Positions 58,115-64,000 of a DNA stretch of 64,000 nucleotides are shown here, piece after piece. Source of the stretch: Octopus vulgaris (lineage: Eukaryota); the NCBI GenBank assembly GCA_951406725.2, contig OX597822.1, forward strand, positions 42,160,001 through 42,224,000, read 5' to 3'. How positions within the stretch are numbered: position 1 is the first letter of the stretch; every line of letters begins with the position of its first letter. Both the position numbers and the translations under genes were made by a program. The notes beneath the pieces were generated by a model. That model was not told the origin of the DNA. It was given only the letters and a program-made list of their open reading frames with translations, and made no database searches.

Positions 58115-59178
58115 GACATACAGACAGACTGAAAATGATGGAGAATTTCGGTGTTTATGGCTGTCTCCATTACTTTGGATATAGTTGGAGAGCATTGGAG
58201 ATATGTCTGGCTGGGTCAGAGGAGTTGACTTTCTTTTGAATGGGATACATTGAAGCGTGCTGCCAAAATATCTCTGTAGAAAGAGAGAGATTAGAGAATT
58301 CGATCAGTAAAGGTGAAGTCTTGGGGTATGTTGTTTAAATGTATCGAAGGGACATTTAAATGTATCGATTTGAAATCTTACACCTACCCTACAATGTCAT
58401 TCTAAAAATAAACAATCACATCATGGAAATTTTCGAATCTATGAAATAATGCATGATTAATTCAAAATAATGTGAATAAATAAGCATTACATTTGGTAAA
58501 ATACTCCGAGTGCTAAAAGATGAGAAGAGGATATTAAGAGGGCTCCGCAAAGTTGCAAGAGATCATTTTGGTAAGGGTCCAGAAGGATCGGTTGCAGTTT
58601 GGACAGCAAGAATGTTTGAGGGCCATTATGTGATACACGGAGTCATCTTTTGCACACCGAATAGTGGTTTTACAAGAACTGCGCAGCTAGGTGAGCGCCT
58701 CTCAGTTTTGAAGAATGGGTGAGATTTTCCAGACGTTGTAGGCCATCTCTTCCACCCCCGAACTCGGAACATCTGGCTTTCTGTTGAGTGGGGTGTGGTA
58801 TGAAGGAACATGTCTAAAAGTAAAGTTTCAGCCATCAGCCTGGCTGTTTTTGAGGGGTCGGGACTGAAGGACAGATGCTACCAGGAATAATGACACAAAA
58901 CTCGTGTTGGTAAAGATAATTAAGTCGGCTGACTTAATTATCATTATCAACATAAATATCTACTTAAAGCGAACAGCGAGATAAGACACATACCGTTGAC
59001 TGCAACAGTAACAATAGTCTATAATAATGGACAATTGACAAGACAGAAACGCACTAATGTTACATAAACTTTCACTGTTTATCTAGTATCTTCAACTTAC
59101 ATTTATCCTTTGTCTTCTGTTTTGCTTCTATGTATTCCTAGTTTAAATGCCTCTCTCTCTATCTCTCTCTCTCTCTTC

Positions 59179-59216
<38 letters not shown>

Positions 59217-59936
59217 GCCCCCATCTCCCTCCGTTTATGACTGAGCCCCATTTTCACACCAACAAACTAACACCAGTCAGCCAGGGAGCTCCTAGATTAA
59301 CTATTCCTAACTTATATAGCTCGCCGTATCATTCATTATTAAAGAGTCACAAAGCAGAACCTTTTACTTTCAAAATATTTAATTAACAATACAACGTGTA
59401 TGCGTATGTTATATGAGAATCACACATCTGGTGCAATACATTTGCTGCAAACAAAAAACATCAGATGTGAAGTGTATTTCATGAAGAATATATTTTTAAG
59501 GGGTTATAAGGTCTACTGAAGCTAAAATATATGATGATGTTAAAGATTGGTCAACTGATCGGCGAGGAATACCAGCCAAATCTTCCATAGCATCTTGAAA
59601 TAAGGAAAAACTCATCAGACAATGCAATCATTGACGTACAAAAAACATGGTCGTGGCTGGAACGCTTTTGATCATAAATTTGCTCGATTAGGGTTGATTT
59701 GGGGCTAAACAATTACAATTTCTCATGCTACCTTTTATCTTTTACTTGGTTCCTTCATTGGACTGCGACCAGGCTAGAGCACCGCCTTGAAGAGGTCAAT
59801 CGATCAAATTGATCTAAGTACGTATTCGTTTTTTTTATTTCAAAGTCTGATATTTACTCTGTCGGGATCTTTTGACAAACCGCTAAGTTATGGAGACATA
59901 TACAAACCAGTACCGGTTGTCAAGTTGTTGCGGTGA

Positions 59937-59971
<35 letters not shown>

Positions 59972-60156
59972 TGTATGTGTCATTTGACTGCAGCCATGCT
60001 GGAGCAACGCCTTCAGTCGAACAAATCGACCTCTGGGTTTATTATTTGTAAACCTAGTACTTCGGTCACTTTTGCCGAACCGCTAAGTTACGGAGACGAG
60101 AATACACCAACATCGGTTGTCAAACAGTGGGGGGGGGAACAAACACGGACACACAA

Positions 60157-60356
<200 letters not shown>

Positions 60357-60524
60357 GAGAGGTTTCATTCAGTTTCCGTCTGCCAAATCCATTGACAGGG
60401 CTTTGGTCGGCCCGAGGATTTAGTAGAAGACACTTGCTCAAGGTGCCACGCAGTGGGATTGAACCCGGAATCATGTGGTTGGTAGGCAAGTTACCTACCT
60501 TACAGCTACTCCTACGCCTATACA

Positions 60525-60563
<39 letters not shown>

Positions 60564-60647
60564 TGTCCTGTATCTCCTTTTTGCTTGTCTTGTTCCTTGG
60601 TTTGTGTCTATGTTTTCGTCTCTATGTGTTCGACGTCCTTTGTGTCC

Positions 60648-60737
<90 letters not shown>

Positions 60738-61357
60738 TTCTAATATAAAGATAAAATTTTATTAAAAATTTTTATCAGTGGCCAGCATATGAAAAATATC
60801 TTTTAAGGTGAAAATTATGCAATTATAAATAAGGGCAAGAAAGAAAAAAAATTTATTTGCCAACATGCTGAAAAATAGACGCTAAATCGTCTAACCACAC
60901 TCACACACACACACACACATATATGTATGTATATATTAAGGAAAGAAAACTCCGAATGACCCGTCCTTGTTTTCTTTGTATCGTCTATCTGGATGTTTTG
61001 TTGTCTCATTTTTGTATCACCTAACTGTCTGGATATTGTACTAATGTTTTTTTTTTCATGCAAAAACATGAAATTAAAAGAAACCTGACTTTATTTTTCA
61101 ATGCAAAACATCGAAATTACAGTGCAACATAGACATATTTCCAAATACATGAACTCACACACACATTTAAATTTTCATAGAACCTTTTATCTTCTCTCTG
61201 GCACCTTATGCAAAAAAAAGGGAAAAAAAGCAAAAAACAAAAATGTTCTAAGTGATGATCGCACCCCATCTTTTCAAGAAAATGGTAAATGACTAAATAA
61301 ATAAATAAATGGAAGTCAAAATTGAAGAAGGTCCCTCCCTCATTCCCTCCCTCCCCT

Positions 61358-61415
<58 letters not shown>

Positions 61416-61552
61416 GTCTGTCTGTCTGTCTGTCTGTCTATATATCTGTCTGTCTATCTATCTATATATCTGTCTGTCTGTCTATCTATCTATATATCTG
61501 TCTGTCTGTCTATCTATATATCAGTCTATCTGTCTATCTATATATCTGTCTG

Positions 61553-61630
<78 letters not shown>

Positions 61631-62085
61631 AGTCTGTATGTCTGTCTATCTATATATCTATCTGTCTATCTATCTAGCTAGCTATCCACCCCTCTATCTC
61701 CATTGCCCTGCAACCGCAACCCCAAAAAAGCAAAACAAAAAAAATCATGTTTTACATAAATAAACAACTTGTTTGAAAGCGCAACTAATAATGACTAAAT
61801 AAAAAAATCATTTTCCAAAGTTCTGGCGGCCTCCTCTTTTCTGTATATATATATATATATAAGGATAAGATCGATATTTAAATACCGATCTTATCAGGTG
61901 CCCTGCATGGGAATAAAAACCTTCAAAGGTAATAATTATTTAAAATTATAATTTAGGGTAGCTAAGAGATGCCACCACGCTGGTAATAGCAGTCAAAACT
62001 TAACTCTAAAACCACATTAAATGTTCGTACAGCACAAGGAGAGAAGACAAAGAGACAAAATAAACTACCCAAAACTTATTGGATA

Positions 62086-62144
62086 ATTCCAGATCCCGGA
62101 TTTCTGACTCTGCATAAGAAATGCTCTGCATTCATCAGTGGAAT
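62086..62144 (-). ncRNA. type I hammerhead motif in a TA-abutting insert (~61861-62160)
   Basis: Minus strand: attcca-CTGATGA-atgcagagcat..atgcagagtca-GAAA-tcc g gga-TC-tggaat. Confidence 0.7.
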
Positions 62145-62265
62145 ATACTCAGAAAGCACATATGTTTTCACTCAATAAACACACACAACGCCCGGTCAGG
62201 GATCGAAACCGCGATCCTCCGACCGTGAGTCTGCTGCCCTAACCACTGGGCCATTGCGCCTCCAT

Positions 62266-62306
<41 letters not shown>

Positions 62307-62419
62307 CATACATACACGCACACACATATAGATAAATATATACATACATACATATTTATATATATATGCACACAGGCACACACACACACACACATATATA
62401 TATACATATAGGTACATAA

Positions 62420-62463
<44 letters not shown>

Positions 62464-62573
62464 GCACACACATATATAGATACATACATTCATAAATACA
62501 TACATACATACATACGTACGTACGTACGCACGCATGCATGTATGTATGTATGTATGTATTTATGTATGTATGT

Positions 62574-63817
62574 ATTTAGGGAACCAATTTACTTTTTTTC
62601 AGTTTTTGACAAAGCAAAATAGTTATATTTCGGGTCCGGGCATGGCAATGCAATAGTAAAGGAAGTACAGTTATGACACTAACACATATATTCGATAGGA
62701 CCACCTCCGTTTCGAATCACAGCCTTAAGTCTAGATGCGAATGCTTCACACGCGGCGCGCACCTCTTCTTGCGGAATCGAAGCCCATTCCTGGCGCATTT
62801 TACCTTCAGAGCGTCGAGCGAAGCATGAAGAGTGCTCAAAACCTACGTCTCCAAAATGGGTCGAACAAAGAAATCCAAGGGTTTGAGATCGGGGCTTCTT
62901 GAAAGTGAAACCTCCCTGCCTATGAACGACATAATGTTTTTTCTGAATCTAGTATTGTGTCTGTTTGGAGTTGTTAGATGGTGCTGAGTCCTGTTGGAGG
63001 CTCCAAGGGGTGCCTTCAAAATGCTCATTTGCTCGGGGAAGCAGTTCAGCTTCCAGAATGTCGCTAATGTATCGCTGGGTGTTAATTTTAACACCCAAGG
63101 GCACAAAAACAAAGAGAAACCTTCCAGTGGCTCTCACAGCCGCCCAAGCCACAACTGACTGGATTTTGACGTCAGTTTACGAATCTACCCTCGACAGATC
63201 CAGATACACTCCAAAGTCAGTCATTCTGGTGGTTTATTGTCTGTTTGATGTCAAATTTCTTTTCATCAGTGAAACTCTAGGTTGTGCAGCGTATCTTCAG
63301 CAATCTGATGCAGGATAAGACGACTTCTCTCCAGTCTCATGGCCTTATAAACATGCGTGAACTCATGACGGTGGATCATCGTGTAGAGATGGTCCTGAGA
63401 TACTCTTTCTGCATTCGATACATCGATGTTCAGCTTATTTTGCTGTGGCAGCAAGACTAGGATTTCGCCATGTCTTTTCTCTGGTACTTTTGAGAAGCTG
63501 AGGGGTCCGTACACTTTTTTTTTCGGCCATTTCCAAGTCGATCAGCGGTGAAACCGGTCTCTTGAAATTCCTGGACAATTCGATTGATTTTAAGCTTTTT
63601 TGTTATAGCTGTATTACTTTCGCTTCTTTTGTGGAGGGTTATGATTGTATTTCGGTCTATAGCCATTATCTAATTTACAAATCTGAATTTATTTTGTCTG
63701 AAACAAAAAGAAGACACACTAAACTTTTAAAATGATGTATAATTTTCATATCTTATCACATTTATTAATTGTTATTAAAGCCTGAAATTTCGGTTGCCTA
63801 AATTTCGGGATACCCTG
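62574..63817 (-). pseudogene. Tc1/mariner transposon fossil
   Basis: N-terminal HTH with GRKK, then FTDE, QQDSAPS and SPDLKPLDF motifs; terminus cagggtatcccgaaatttaggcaacc. Confidence 0.85.
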
Positions 63818-64000
63818 TGTGTGTATAAATAAATTGTCGTCTAAATTACGCAAAAAATGAAAATAACACTGACATCTCATTTTAATAGATATATCCACCA
63901 AAATTATATAAAAATATCTTGAAATACTAAAGAGTAAATTTATTCAATAAAACCACCATTGGCTTCGACCACAGCCTCCAGACGACTTCGGAATTTTCTG

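Overview
AT-rich, repeat-dense eukaryotic DNA. The microsatellite load and SINE/LINE repertoire suggest an octopus or other cephalopod (inference). The only supportable host genes are two tandem + strand alpha-tubulins with the classic ATG-only exon 1 / 223-bp exon 2 / long last exon layout. One is divergent (~8.6-17.1 kb, 450 aa, remodelled K40 loop, ends in -EF) and one is canonical (~38.2-44.7 kb, 451 aa, ends in -EY). The rest is tRNA-derived SINEs, fossils of RTE, CRE-like and other LINEs, Tc1/mariner fossils, hAT and Merlin-type MITEs, Helitron-like and LTR-like elements. The main hidden signal is eight short non-coding inserts, seven abutting (TA)n tracts, each with a type I hammerhead-ribozyme architecture, often in tail-to-tail palindromes (Penelope-like). 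One family carries a G3:C8-swapped core (GUGAACA) that a CUGANGA search would miss. All folds were paired by eye and none was computed or assayed. Most repeat boundaries are approximate.
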